Shown here one piece after another: positions 47,286 to 55,594 of a stretch of DNA of 64,000 nt (position 1 is its first letter; each line of letters opens with the position of its first letter). Source of the stretch: Dehalococcoidia bacterium (lineage in GTDB: Bacteria; Chloroflexota; Dehalococcoidia; Bin125). Position numbers and translations under genes: made by a program. The notes below the pieces were generated by a model. The model was given only the letters and a program-made list of their open reading frames with translations. It was not told the origin of the DNA and did no database searches. Location: the NCBI GenBank assembly GCA_022828105.1, contig JAJEJC010000007.1, forward strand, positions 204,885 to 268,884, read 5' to 3'.

Positions 47286-47996
47286 ATGAAGACTATCGCC
47301 CGCATTTCGCCGACCCGCCTGCTCGCCGCGCTGTCGTTGGTCGCGCTCGCGCTCGCGCTGTTTACCCTGCCCGTCGCGTTCACGGTCCGCTATGCGACGA
47401 CATCCGCCTCATGGTGGGAGCGTGGATTCGAGAAGTACGACGCCACGCGGCGCACCGGTCTGCCGCAGGACGAGGTGCTCAGGATCGCGCAGGAAACCCG
47501 CGACTACCTCACCAACGACGAGGAGCGCCTGGACGTCAACGTCGACGGCGCGCCTTTCTACTCGGAGCGCGAGATCCTGCACATGATCGACGTCAAGCGC
47601 CTCATGGCCCGCACGTTCGACGCCGGCTGGGCCGCGCTGGGCTTCATCGTTGCGTTCGCCGCGCTGGTGATCTGGCGTCATCGCCGCCGCGCGGCGCCGG
47701 TCCTGGCTCGCTCAATCCTGTCCGCCTGCGGCGTAGTCGCGTTGCTCGTCGTCGTGCTGGGCATCGTCGGCATCGCCGGATTCGACGCCGCATTCCGACA
47801 GTTCCACCTGCTCTTCTTCACCAACGACCTCTGGCAGCTCAGTTCGCGCGACGGACTGATCCAGCTTTTCCCGCAAGGCTTCTTCTTCGACACCACGATG
47901 CTGATCGGCGGCGTCACGCTGGTCGTCGTCGTCACCCCGGCATTGCTGGCCGGTCTCTATGAGTGGCGTCAACGACGGAGGCTGTCGTCTCGCTAG
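47286..47996 (+). CDS. TIGR01906/DUF1461 family integral membrane protein
   Basis: N-terminal TM, conserved RxYLxNDE / DVNVDGAPFYSEREILHMxDVKRL pattern and three further TMs; family resemblance by eye. Confidence 0.55.
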   Translation: MKTIARISPTRLLAALSLVALALALFTLPVAFTVRYATTSASWWERGFEKYDATRRTGLPQDEVLRIAQETRDYLTNDEERLDVNVDGAPFYSEREILHMIDVKRLMARTFDAGWAALGFIVAFAALVIWRHRRRAAPVLARSILSACGVVALLVVVLGIVGIAGFDAAFRQFHLLFFTNDLWQLSSRDGLIQLFPQGFFFDTTMLIGGVTLVVVVTPALLAGLYEWRQRRRLSSR

Positions 47997-49501
47997 GAAT
48001 TCGGGGCGGCATTCGAAGCGCGGTAGGCTCCGGGCTCGTACCAGCCGGCGGCGAACAGCAAACCATTGTGCCGCACGACCCATGTGTGCTTCTGCTCCTG
48101 CTCGCCGCTTTCGGGATTGAGGAACACGTAACTGACCCACCCCTGATCCTCAATCGCGACGAACTCCTCTCGGAAGTTGCGCCCGGTCACATCTGGCCCG
48201 CCGTCGAGCAGGTTTCCTCCCAGCGGCAGGTAGGGGTGCGCCAGCCGAGTGCCGTCGAGTTCGTAGATGCTCACGTACCACTCGCCATCCACGCTCTCCG
48301 GAGAGTTGTGATGCTCGATTACTGCGTCGCGGCCATCGGCGTCGTAGCGGTCAATCGCGTCTTGCACCAACGCCCTGGCGTAGCCAGCCGGATCCTGCTC
48401 GGCCAGGTTGTAGTTGCGGTCGTACCAACCCGAGCCGAAGAGCAAGTCTCCTTGCCGCACGATCCAGCTGTGCTTGCGCTGGTACTGAAGCTCCGCGTCC
48501 GGGTTCGGGAACACGTACGAGACCCAATCGTTGGTATCGATCGACAGGGTGTCGTCAACGTAGTCGTATCCCGTCACGTCGACTCCAGTGCCGTGCAGAT
48601 TGCTGCCCAGCCAGCCCGGGCGGTCGGCGCGCGCGCCGTTGACAAGGCGCGTGCCGTCCGCGCTGTGGATGAACAGGTACCACTCGCCGTCGATGCTCTC
48701 CGGCGAGTTGTAGTACTCGAAGGTCGCTTCGCGGCCCAGCACGCGGTACAGCTCCAGCGCCCGCTCGACGTACGACTGCGTGTAGGCGCCCGGCGCGTGG
48801 ATCTTCGACGGGCCATCCTCATACCAGCCCGAGCCGAAGACCAGACCGTCGTGCCGCACGACCCAGGAGTGCTTGATCTGTGCCCGGCCGAGCGCCGGAT
48901 TGTTGAACTGGTAGTCGACCCAGGCGCCTTCGACAGTGGCAGCAGCCTCGGCCATCCGACCAGCCTGGAATCCATCTGGACCATTGGCATCGGCGGCCGG
49001 GAGTCCGACCAGGTCGGGGTCGCGATTGGCGACGATCATGGATTCTTCGCTGATGATAAACACGTACCACTGACCGTCCACGCTCTCGGGCGAGTTGTAG
49101 TACGCGATGGTCTCCATCAGGCCATCGCGCTCGTACCTGGCGATTGCCTGTTCGACAAACCACTGCGTGTACGCGCCGGGATCCGAGACATCTGGAACCG
49201 CTGCCGCGGCGCTGACGGCAAACGGATTGCTGGAGTACCACTCGCCAGGCTCCGCGGGGACCGGGAGGAAGCGGGCCTCGGGCGTGTGAGTCGCCCATTC
49301 ACTGCCGCCGGTCCTGCTCTGCGCGCGCACCTCGACCCGGCCAAGCTCCGTCTCCCGCGCCTGGACGCGCAGCTCGACTTCGCCTCGATGGTCGTCGGAA
49401 GCCGCGAAATCGAATCGAACGAGGCCGCTGATCGCGACGAGGCCAAGGACGGCAACGGTAAGCAGGACACCCGCAGTCAGGGCACGAGTCCAACGTGACA
49501 T
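47993..49501 (-). CDS. Signal-anchored extracytoplasmic protein with three tandem sCache_2-like domains and no output domain
   Basis: N-terminal TM/signal (LTAGVLLTVAVLGLVAI), then three ~125-aa repeats each containing YYNSPES[VI]DG[QE]WY...L(A/V)...G.N....G.DV.G...........WV.Y.F.NP.......K.SW[VI]VR..GL.F(G/A)(S/A)GWY[ED]. Confidence 0.7.
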   Translation of the reverse strand: MSRWTRALTAGVLLTVAVLGLVAISGLVRFDFAASDDHRGEVELRVQARETELGRVEVRAQSRTGGSEWATHTPEARFLPVPAEPGEWYSSNPFAVSAAAAVPDVSDPGAYTQWFVEQAIARYERDGLMETIAYYNSPESVDGQWYVFIISEESMIVANRDPDLVGLPAADANGPDGFQAGRMAEAAATVEGAWVDYQFNNPALGRAQIKHSWVVRHDGLVFGSGWYEDGPSKIHAPGAYTQSYVERALELYRVLGREATFEYYNSPESIDGEWYLFIHSADGTRLVNGARADRPGWLGSNLHGTGVDVTGYDYVDDTLSIDTNDWVSYVFPNPDAELQYQRKHSWIVRQGDLLFGSGWYDRNYNLAEQDPAGYARALVQDAIDRYDADGRDAVIEHHNSPESVDGEWYVSIYELDGTRLAHPYLPLGGNLLDGGPDVTGRNFREEFVAIEDQGWVSYVFLNPESGEQEQKHTWVVRHNGLLFAAGWYEPGAYRASNAAPNS

Positions 49502-49544
49502 GGTTCATCCAGAATCTGATGGATCCGGCGCCGCCGGGAATACC

Positions 49545-49802
49545 CTAGTTCAGCGCGCCCATGCCGCCGCCGCAGCCGCAGGAGCCCCGGCCGCAGGCAC
49601 AGCCGCCGCCGGTCGGCATCGCCTCGGCCGCTTCCACATCCGCGTACTGTCCCGCAATCGAGACCATCGCGGTCGTCAGCACCTTCTGCGCCATGCTGCC
49701 GCAGTGGCACTCGTACGGCTCGGCAGCCTGACTCATCGGTCGCAGCTTGGTGAACTTCTCGTTGCAGGGACGGCAGTAGTACTCGTACATCGGCATCGGC
49801 AT
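49545..49802 (-). CDS. FmdB-family zinc-ribbon protein (putative regulatory protein)
   Basis: YEYYCRPCNEKF...YECHCGS CxxC-(n)-CxC ribbon and Cys/Gly-rich tail GGGCACGRGSCGCGGGMG typical of FmdB family. Start could be the internal ATG at 49796 or 49790. Confidence 0.65.
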   Translation of the reverse strand: MPMPMYEYYCRPCNEKFTKLRPMSQAAEPYECHCGSMAQKVLTTAMVSIAGQYADVEAAEAMPTGGGCACGRGSCGCGGGMGALN

Positions 49803-49890
49803 GCTCCGCGGAAACGCCCGGTCTCTCCCTGCAGAATACGAGACCCATTGGCAAGATCAATCGCAGATGCGGCGAATACACTCGAACGCA

Positions 49891-49965
49891 CCCCCCGTAG
49901 CTCAGGGGATAGAGCGGCGGTTTCCTAAACCGTGCGCGGAGGTTCGAATCCTCCCGGGGGGACCA
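49891..49965 (+). tRNA. tRNA-Arg (anticodon CCT)
   Basis: Manual cloverleaf: acceptor CCCCCCG/CGGGGGG, D-arm GCTC-AGGGGATA-GAGC, anticodon stem GCGGT/ACCGT with loop TTCCTAA (U33, CCT, A37), T-arm GGAGG-TTCGAAT-CCTCC, discriminator A, encoded CCA. Confidence 0.85.
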
Positions 49966-49966
49966 C

Positions 49967-51283
49967 TCAGCCGTCGCTGCCCAGCGTCGACTCCACGATT
50001 GCGGCCTGGCCCAGGAGGGCCTCGTCGTGGCCGAAGCGGCCGACCAGCGAGAGACCGAGCGGGAGGCCGTCCACGTCGCCGAAGGGCAGATTGATCACCG
50101 GCATACCGGCGTGGGTCCAGGGCAGATTCATTGCCGGGTCTCCGGTTGCGCCGAGACCATGCGGCGCCGCTCCGACGGCGGAAGGGGCCAGCCAGACATC
50201 GATGCCGGCGCGGTCCATTCGCTCGTGCAGACGTTGTCGCAGCGCGATGCGACTTGTACGCCCCGCCACGGCGTCGGCTGACGAGACGGCCAGTCCCGTT
50301 TCGTAGAACTGGGCGCTTTGCGGACGGAACATCGATCCGTACTTGGCGTAGCGCTCGCGATGCGTCTCGGCGAACTCGTAGACGGTCAGGTTGCTGTGCC
50401 GTTTGTTGATGTCGGCGATGTCGTGCAGTGTCATCGCCTCCTCGACGGCGATGCCCGCATCCCGCAGTCGACCCACGGCGTTGTCCAGGGCGGCGCGCAT
50501 CTCTGCTCCCGCCTGGTCGAGATACGCTCCAGTGGGAATGCCGACACGCGGCGCAGCGGCATCGGAGTCCTCGCCGTCGCGCCAGCCCAGCAGCAGCGCC
50601 GACGCCACCAACGTCGCGTCGGCAACTGAGTCGACGAAGTAACCAATCGTGTCCACCGAGGGCGAGAAGTACAGCGTGCCGCTGGTCGGGATGCGATCGT
50701 ATGAGGGCTTGAATCCCACCACGCCGCAGAACGACGCCGGTCGAATCACGGAGCCAACGGTCTGCGATCCCAGCGCCAACGGCGCGATTCCGGCCGCGAC
50801 TGCCGCAGCCGACCCGCTGCTGGAGCCGCCCGGCGTGTGCTCGCGGTTGTGCGGATTGGCCGTCGCGCCCGAGGCGAAGTAGGCGAACTCGGTGGTCACC
50901 GCCTTGCCCAGCACCAGCGCGCCGGCTTCCTTGAGCAGTGCGACCACGTCGGCTTCGCGGCCGCTGAAGGACTCGGGCGGCACGGCCGACCCCGCGCGAG
51001 TCGGCATGCGGTCGACGTTGAAGATGTCCTTGACCGCCACCATCGCGCCGAAGAGCGGCGGTCGATCGTCCGGTGACGGCCAGCGCTCGATCAGCGCCGC
51101 CGCCTCCGAAGAAAGCCGTTCGCGCTGCCGCGGATCGGGCAGCATGGCTCTGACCAGCGGATTGACCTCGTCGAGCCGCTCCAGCGTCTGCGAGATCAGA
51201 TCCTGCAGCGAGAGCGCTCCTGAGCGGGTCGCAGCGACCTGACTCGAGAGGGAGATCGGCTGCACCAGTTTGGGTTGCGTCAT
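49967..51283 (-). CDS. Amidase signature (AS) family amidase
   Basis: MVAVKDIFNVDRMPTRAGS...GGSSSGSAAAVAAGIAPLALGSQTVGSVIRPASFCGVVGFKPS AS signature; 438 aa; stop 2 nt from the tRNA-Arg 3' end on the opposite strand. Confidence 0.85.
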   Translation of the reverse strand: MTQPKLVQPISLSSQVAATRSGALSLQDLISQTLERLDEVNPLVRAMLPDPRQRERLSSEAAALIERWPSPDDRPPLFGAMVAVKDIFNVDRMPTRAGSAVPPESFSGREADVVALLKEAGALVLGKAVTTEFAYFASGATANPHNREHTPGGSSSGSAAAVAAGIAPLALGSQTVGSVIRPASFCGVVGFKPSYDRIPTSGTLYFSPSVDTIGYFVDSVADATLVASALLLGWRDGEDSDAAAPRVGIPTGAYLDQAGAEMRAALDNAVGRLRDAGIAVEEAMTLHDIADINKRHSNLTVYEFAETHRERYAKYGSMFRPQSAQFYETGLAVSSADAVAGRTSRIALRQRLHERMDRAGIDVWLAPSAVGAAPHGLGATGDPAMNLPWTHAGMPVINLPFGDVDGLPLGLSLVGRFGHDEALLGQAAIVESTLGSDG

Positions 51284-51288
51284 GCGAT

Positions 51289-51334
51289 GCCCCCCTCTGC
51301 CTTCGGCATCTCCCCCCGCTACGAGGGGGGAGAG
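51289..51334 (-). repeat. GC-rich multi-hairpin intergenic repeat, copy 4 (minus orientation), after DinB stop and 5 nt upstream of the amidase ATG
   Basis: Reverse complement CTCTCCCCCCTCGTAGCGGGGGGAGATGCCGAAGGCAGAGGGGGGC; 3' 31 nt identical to copy 5. Confidence 0.8.
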
Positions 51335-51343
51335 AACAGGCGG

Positions 51344-51874
51344 CTAGAAGCCCAGACCTTCCTTGCCCTGCATCGAGCGGCCCACATTGATCTGACCCAG
51401 GTGGTTGTTCGAGTGATTGATGATCACCTGACCGATGATCTCCCACTTGGGCAGCTCGCCCTGGGGCACGATGCGCGTGATCGAGTTGAGGTACTCCGGC
51501 GTCATGTCCGCAATGCGCGGGACGATGACGTCGGCGACATCGGTCAGGTAGCCGGCCAGCGTGGCGCCGTCGGGGAAGACCCAGCTCGCCACTTCGTCGT
51601 AGCTCGTGCCCGTGCCCTGGTCGACCTTGGGCAGTCCCCACGCCTCGTGCATGTTCCTCGACATCCAGATCGGCTGCTCGCGCTCGAACGCGAAGTGGAT
51701 CAGATTGTCGGCGGTGCGGGCGATGTGCCAGGCCTCGAAGCCGATGCAGTTCTGGCCTTCGAACGTGCGGAAATGAACCTCATCCTGCGACAGGTCTTCC
51801 ATCGACTGCGCGGTCCAGCGCAGCACGCGGTCGGTGAACTTGGCCAGCGCGGCGGCCAACTCGTTGTCTGCCAT
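51344..51874 (-). CDS. DinB/DUF664 family protein
   Basis: 176 aa with DinB-like His triad context (HFRTFEG...EAWHIARTADNLIHF...NHSNNHLGQINVGRS). Confidence 0.7.
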   Translation of the reverse strand: MADNELAAALAKFTDRVLRWTAQSMEDLSQDEVHFRTFEGQNCIGFEAWHIARTADNLIHFAFEREQPIWMSRNMHEAWGLPKVDQGTGTSYDEVASWVFPDGATLAGYLTDVADVIVPRIADMTPEYLNSITRIVPQGELPKWEIIGQVIINHSNNHLGQINVGRSMQGKEGLGF

Positions 51875-51925
51875 TGTCAGTCCTCCAACCAGGTGTTTGC
51901 TTTTGCTTCGATTCCAGATTGCACG

Positions 51926-52942
51926 TTACCCGACGATCTGCGCGAGCACATCGGCCCATTCGTCATCGTCGTCGGTGTCGACCGAGACCTGGTGCAAGTC
52001 GACACCGGCCGCCGACTGTTCGTCAATGTGCCGGACGCAATCCTCGACCGAGCCGCGGCAAGAGAAGCGCGGGGCAATCTCCATCGCAATCTCAGCGGCC
52101 GCGTCGGGACCATCGTTCTGCCAGGCATCGCGCATCGCCGCCACCTCGTCGGCGAAGCCCTGCCGCTCGAACTGGCGGAAGTAGCCGGGCCCGTTGCGCA
52201 CGGCGAAGAACGATAGTCCTTGCGCGAAGCCTCGGTCCAGCTCCGCCTGCCGCTCCGGATCGAGTACGACGGTCGCCGATCCGGGCGACCGCACTTCCAC
52301 GGCGCCTGAGCTTCTGCCGGCCTCAACCGACCAACGCCGCAGCTCGGCGACCGATTCCGCCGCTCGGTCGTTGGGGATCCAGGTCGGCATCCAGCCGTCC
52401 GCGATCTCGGCCGCCATCCTGACCGAGGTCGGATTGAGCGTGGCCAGATGAATCGACGGCGTCGGCTGGGCCGGAATCATCCCGCTGACCAGCGCCCGCT
52501 CGACACGAATCGTCGGACCCTCGTAGCTAAACCGCTCGCGCGACCAGTACAGCCGGATCAGCTCCACAGCCTCTCTGATGCGTGCGAACGGCCGCTCGAA
52601 CTTGACTCCGTGAAAGCGCTCGATGGCCCCCGGCGCGCTGGCCCCGAGTCCGATCGCTACGCGGCCGCCCGAGAGCTGATCGACCGTGCCGAAGCTCTGC
52701 GCCAGCGTCGCCGGCGTGCGCGAGAACACATTGACAATCGCCGATGCGATCCGCACGCGGGACGTCTGATGCGCCAGCAGCGCCATGCCGGTGAAGGCAT
52801 CGTGGCCGTAGCCCTCGATCACGCAGATCGTGTCCACCCCAATCTCATCGGCCAGTCTTGCCCGGGAGAGGAAGGTGTCGACGAAATCGGGATTCCAGGG
52901 AAGATTGACCGAGATACGTCGCGTGTGCTTCGTCATAGCCAT
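51926..52942 (-). CDS. LLM-class F420-dependent oxidoreductase (luciferase-like monooxygenase family)
   Basis: GVDTICVIEGYGHDAF...VRIASAIVNVFSRTPATLAQSFGTVDQLSGGRVAIGLGAS. Start ATG 52942 (MAMTKHT) with GAAGGAGA SD, not the ORF-track start at 52993. Confidence 0.8.
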   Translation of the reverse strand: MAMTKHTRRISVNLPWNPDFVDTFLSRARLADEIGVDTICVIEGYGHDAFTGMALLAHQTSRVRIASAIVNVFSRTPATLAQSFGTVDQLSGGRVAIGLGASAPGAIERFHGVKFERPFARIREAVELIRLYWSRERFSYEGPTIRVERALVSGMIPAQPTPSIHLATLNPTSVRMAAEIADGWMPTWIPNDRAAESVAELRRWSVEAGRSSGAVEVRSPGSATVVLDPERQAELDRGFAQGLSFFAVRNGPGYFRQFERQGFADEVAAMRDAWQNDGPDAAAEIAMEIAPRFSCRGSVEDCVRHIDEQSAAGVDLHQVSVDTDDDDEWADVLAQIVG

Positions 52943-53751
52943 GGATCTCCTTCGCAGACCGTTGCCGAGAGCAGCCAGATCTTGACCGCGCAACGGACCT
53001 GGCCGTCAGGATCGACGACCCGCTCATCTTCCTTCAATTCCCGGGCAATCGCCTCGAGCAACCGCTCACGATCAGTTGGCAGAAAGCCGAATGCATCGAG
53101 CATTGCCCACCAGTCCGCAAAGTCTTCCCACCAGAACTCGCGCTCAATCTCCTCGATGGCGACCTCATCGAGGCGCAGGTCCTCGATTTCGCTCAGCAGG
53201 GCGAGCCGCACCGCCTCTCGCGGATCAAACTGCAGCTCGATCTCCGGCCGCGCCACGCCGCGACGCTCCATCTGACCCAGCAGCGTCATGCCGGCCGAGC
53301 CGAAGAACGGCGAGCCGATCACCGTCGCGGCGACGCGTCCGCCCAGCCTGACCAATCGGGTTGCTTCCTTGAGCAATCGCAGCGGACGATCGGGGTACGG
53401 CAGCACCAGCCCGAGCGACGCTGCGTCGGCCGAGCGGCTGCGCAGGCCGGTCGCGGCGGCGTCTTCCTGGATGAATCGCGGCTGAAGCGCGGATCGGCGG
53501 AATCGCTCTCGGGCCTGCTCCAGTTGGACTCGCGACAGGTCGACCCCGATGGCGCTTCCGCGCGTCAGGGCCGGCGCGGCGTGGGCAATCACCGAACCGG
53601 GGCCGCAACCGAGATCGACGAGGGTGTCGTTCGGTTCCAGGTTGAGACGTTGCACAAGCTCGGAAGCGGCCAGGTTGATCAGATCGCGCGCCGACGATTC
53701 ATAGCTGGCTCCGCTCCGGTTGAACGCCTCGGCGATATCCTCGTTGCGCAA
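52933..53751 (-). CDS. Class I SAM-dependent methyltransferase
   Basis: Motif I LVDLGCGPGS, motif post-I AIGVDLS, LVRLGGRV; 272 aa; overlaps the downstream LLM start by 10 nt. Confidence 0.75.
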   Translation of the reverse strand: MRNEDIAEAFNRSGASYESSARDLINLAASELVQRLNLEPNDTLVDLGCGPGSVIAHAAPALTRGSAIGVDLSRVQLEQARERFRRSALQPRFIQEDAAATGLRSRSADAASLGLVLPYPDRPLRLLKEATRLVRLGGRVAATVIGSPFFGSAGMTLLGQMERRGVARPEIELQFDPREAVRLALLSEIEDLRLDEVAIEEIEREFWWEDFADWWAMLDAFGFLPTDRERLLEAIARELKEDERVVDPDGQVRCAVKIWLLSATVCEGDPWL

Positions 53752-53791
53752 CGCCCGCCTCCATCAAACCCACTCGCTCACGAGTTCGCCG

Positions 53792-54511
53792 ATGTCTCAC
53801 GATACCCCGCTGGTCATCGCTCACCGTACGACCATGGGACACGCGCCCGAAAACACGCTGCTCGGCATCCAAACTGCGCAGGAGATGGGTTGCGACGGCG
53901 TCGAGATCGACGTGCGGCTCTGCGCCGACGGCGTGCCCGTGTTGATCCACGACGACGATCTCAGCCGCACTACCGATGCATCTGGCCGCGTCGCCGACGC
54001 CTCGCTCGACACCCTCGCAAGGGTCGATGCCGGACGCGGCCAGCTGGTTCCGACCCTGCGCGACGCTCTCGGCCTCGTTAGTGGGCAGATGCTCTGCGTC
54101 GTTGAGCTCAAGGTCAGCACCGGCGACGACGTCCCCGCCCTCTGCGACGCCGTACTTCGCGACCTCGCCGAGGTTGACGCCCTCGCCTGGACCTGGCTCT
54201 GGAGCTTCGACTCCGACACCGTGATCGAACTCGCCCGCCGCGCCCCGCACGGCCGCCGGATTGCGCACCTGTGCCTCTCGCCCACGTCCGACATCTGGCA
54301 GATCGCGGCGGAACACCGGCTCGACGGCATCTCGATGCACGGATCCGGTCTCACCGCCGAGCACGCCGCCGCCTGTCGTGCGCACGACATGGCCGCCTTT
54401 GTCTGGACAGTGAACGAGCCCTCCGACATCGAGCGCTGTATCGCGCTTGGCGCAACCGGCGTCGTTGGCGACTATCCGGAGCGCATCCAGGCGGCGATCG
54501 ACCACCGTTAG
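53792..54511 (+). CDS. Glycerophosphodiester phosphodiesterase family protein
   Basis: PLVIAHRTTMGHAPENTL...GCDGVEIDVRLCADGVPVLIHDDDLSRTTD GDPD catalytic His/Glu-Asp motifs; start at ATG 53792. Confidence 0.8.
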   Translation: MSHDTPLVIAHRTTMGHAPENTLLGIQTAQEMGCDGVEIDVRLCADGVPVLIHDDDLSRTTDASGRVADASLDTLARVDAGRGQLVPTLRDALGLVSGQMLCVVELKVSTGDDVPALCDAVLRDLAEVDALAWTWLWSFDSDTVIELARRAPHGRRIAHLCLSPTSDIWQIAAEHRLDGISMHGSGLTAEHAAACRAHDMAAFVWTVNEPSDIERCIALGATGVVGDYPERIQAAIDHR

Positions 54512-54545
54512 CGGCTCGAACACCTGCTATGCTCGGAGATCGCGA

Positions 54546-54622
54546 AGGGGTGTAGCTCAGTTTGGCAGAGCAACGGTCTCCAAAACCGTAGGTCGCGGGT
54601 TCGAGTCCTGCCACCCCTGCCA
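54546..54622 (+). tRNA. tRNA-Trp (anticodon CCA)
   Basis: Manual cloverleaf: acceptor AGGGGTG/CACCCCT, anticodon stem ACGGT/ACCGT with loop CTCCAAA, T-arm GCGGG-TTCGAGT-CCTGC, discriminator G, CCA. Confidence 0.85.
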
Positions 54623-54640
54623 GAGCAACCCAGCAGCCAT

Positions 54641-54728
54641 GCCGAGGTGGTGGAACTGGTAGACACGCAGCGTTGAGGGCGCTGTGCCCATTGCGGGCGT
54701 GGAGGTTCGAGTCCTCTCCTCGGCACCA
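54641..54728 (+). tRNA. tRNA-Leu (anticodon GAG), class II with long variable arm
   Basis: Acceptor GCCGAGG/CCTCGGC, anticodon loop TTGAGGG, long variable arm TGCCCATTGCGGGCGT, T-arm GGAGG-TTCGAGT-CCTCT, discriminator A, CCA. Confidence 0.85.
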
Positions 54729-54803
54729 ATGCAGCGGACGACGCCGTTCAGCCATCTGGCGGCTACAATGTCCTGACCGAGCGGCGTAAGGTCGTTCGGA
54801 CGA

Positions 54804-54878
54804 GCGGAAGTGGCGCAGCGGTAGCGCGTCTCCTTGCCAAGGAGAAGGTCGAGGGTTCGAATCCCTTCTTCCGCTCCA
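54804..54878 (+). tRNA. tRNA-Gly (anticodon GCC)
   Basis: Acceptor GCGGAAG/CTTCCGC, D-stem GCGC/GCGC, anticodon stem TCTCC/GGAGA with loop TTGCCAA, T-arm GAGGG-TTCGAAT-CCCTT, CCA. Confidence 0.85.
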
Positions 54879-54899
54879 GAACATCTCTCCTGTGAGCCC

Positions 54900-54973
<74 letters not shown>

Positions 54974-54996
54974 ACTTCCCTCTCTGACACAGCCCT

Positions 54997-55584
54997 GTGC
55001 CCGCCTACGATCCGCAGACCGCGCTACTCGTCGTTGACGTCCAGAACGACTTCGCGCACCCCGACGGATCGCTCTTCGTGAGCGGCGCGGCGGGCGTCAT
55101 CAGCTACGCGAACCGCGCCATCGCCGACGCCTCCCGCGCCGGAGCGCTGTTGGTCTACACGCAAGACTGGCATCCCGAGCACACCCCCCACTTCGAGCAG
55201 GACGGCGGCATCTGGCCGGTGCACTGCGTCGGCAACAGTTGGGGCGCCGAGTTTCACGCGGACCTGACGCGCGCCACAGGACCGACCGTGCGCAAGGGAG
55301 TTGACGGCAACGACGGCTACTCCGCCTTCACCACTCGCGATCCGCAGAGCGGCGCGCACCAGCAGACCGAACTCGAAGACATCCTGCTCGAAGCCGACAT
55401 CGAGCGCTGCGTCGTTGTCGGACTCGCTACCGACTACTGCGTCAAGGAGACCGTCCTCGACGCCTGCCGTCTCGGGTTCGAGGTATTGGTGCCGCGCGAG
55501 GGCGTCGCCGCCGTGAACCTTGTAGACGGCGACGGCGCCGAGGCGCTGGCGGCGATGGCTGAGTTCGGCGCGCTGATCGAATAG
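54997..55584 (+). CDS. pncA: Nicotinamidase/pyrazinamidase (isochorismatase family)
   Basis: ALLVVDVQNDFAHPDGSL...YTQDWHPEHTPHF...VVVGLATDYCVKETVLDA: catalytic Asp-Lys-Cys context. GTG start. Confidence 0.85.
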   Translation: MPAYDPQTALLVVDVQNDFAHPDGSLFVSGAAGVISYANRAIADASRAGALLVYTQDWHPEHTPHFEQDGGIWPVHCVGNSWGAEFHADLTRATGPTVRKGVDGNDGYSAFTTRDPQSGAHQQTELEDILLEADIERCVVVGLATDYCVKETVLDACRLGFEVLVPREGVAAVNLVDGDGAEALAAMAEFGALIE

Positions 55585-55594
55585 CGTTCGATCA

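Noticed and set aside
49902-51641. 579-aa minus-strand ORF overlapping tRNA-Arg and the amidase
   Set aside because: Arg/Gly-rich shadow ORF in a different frame from the real amidase (49967-51283). It overlaps a well-formed tRNA.
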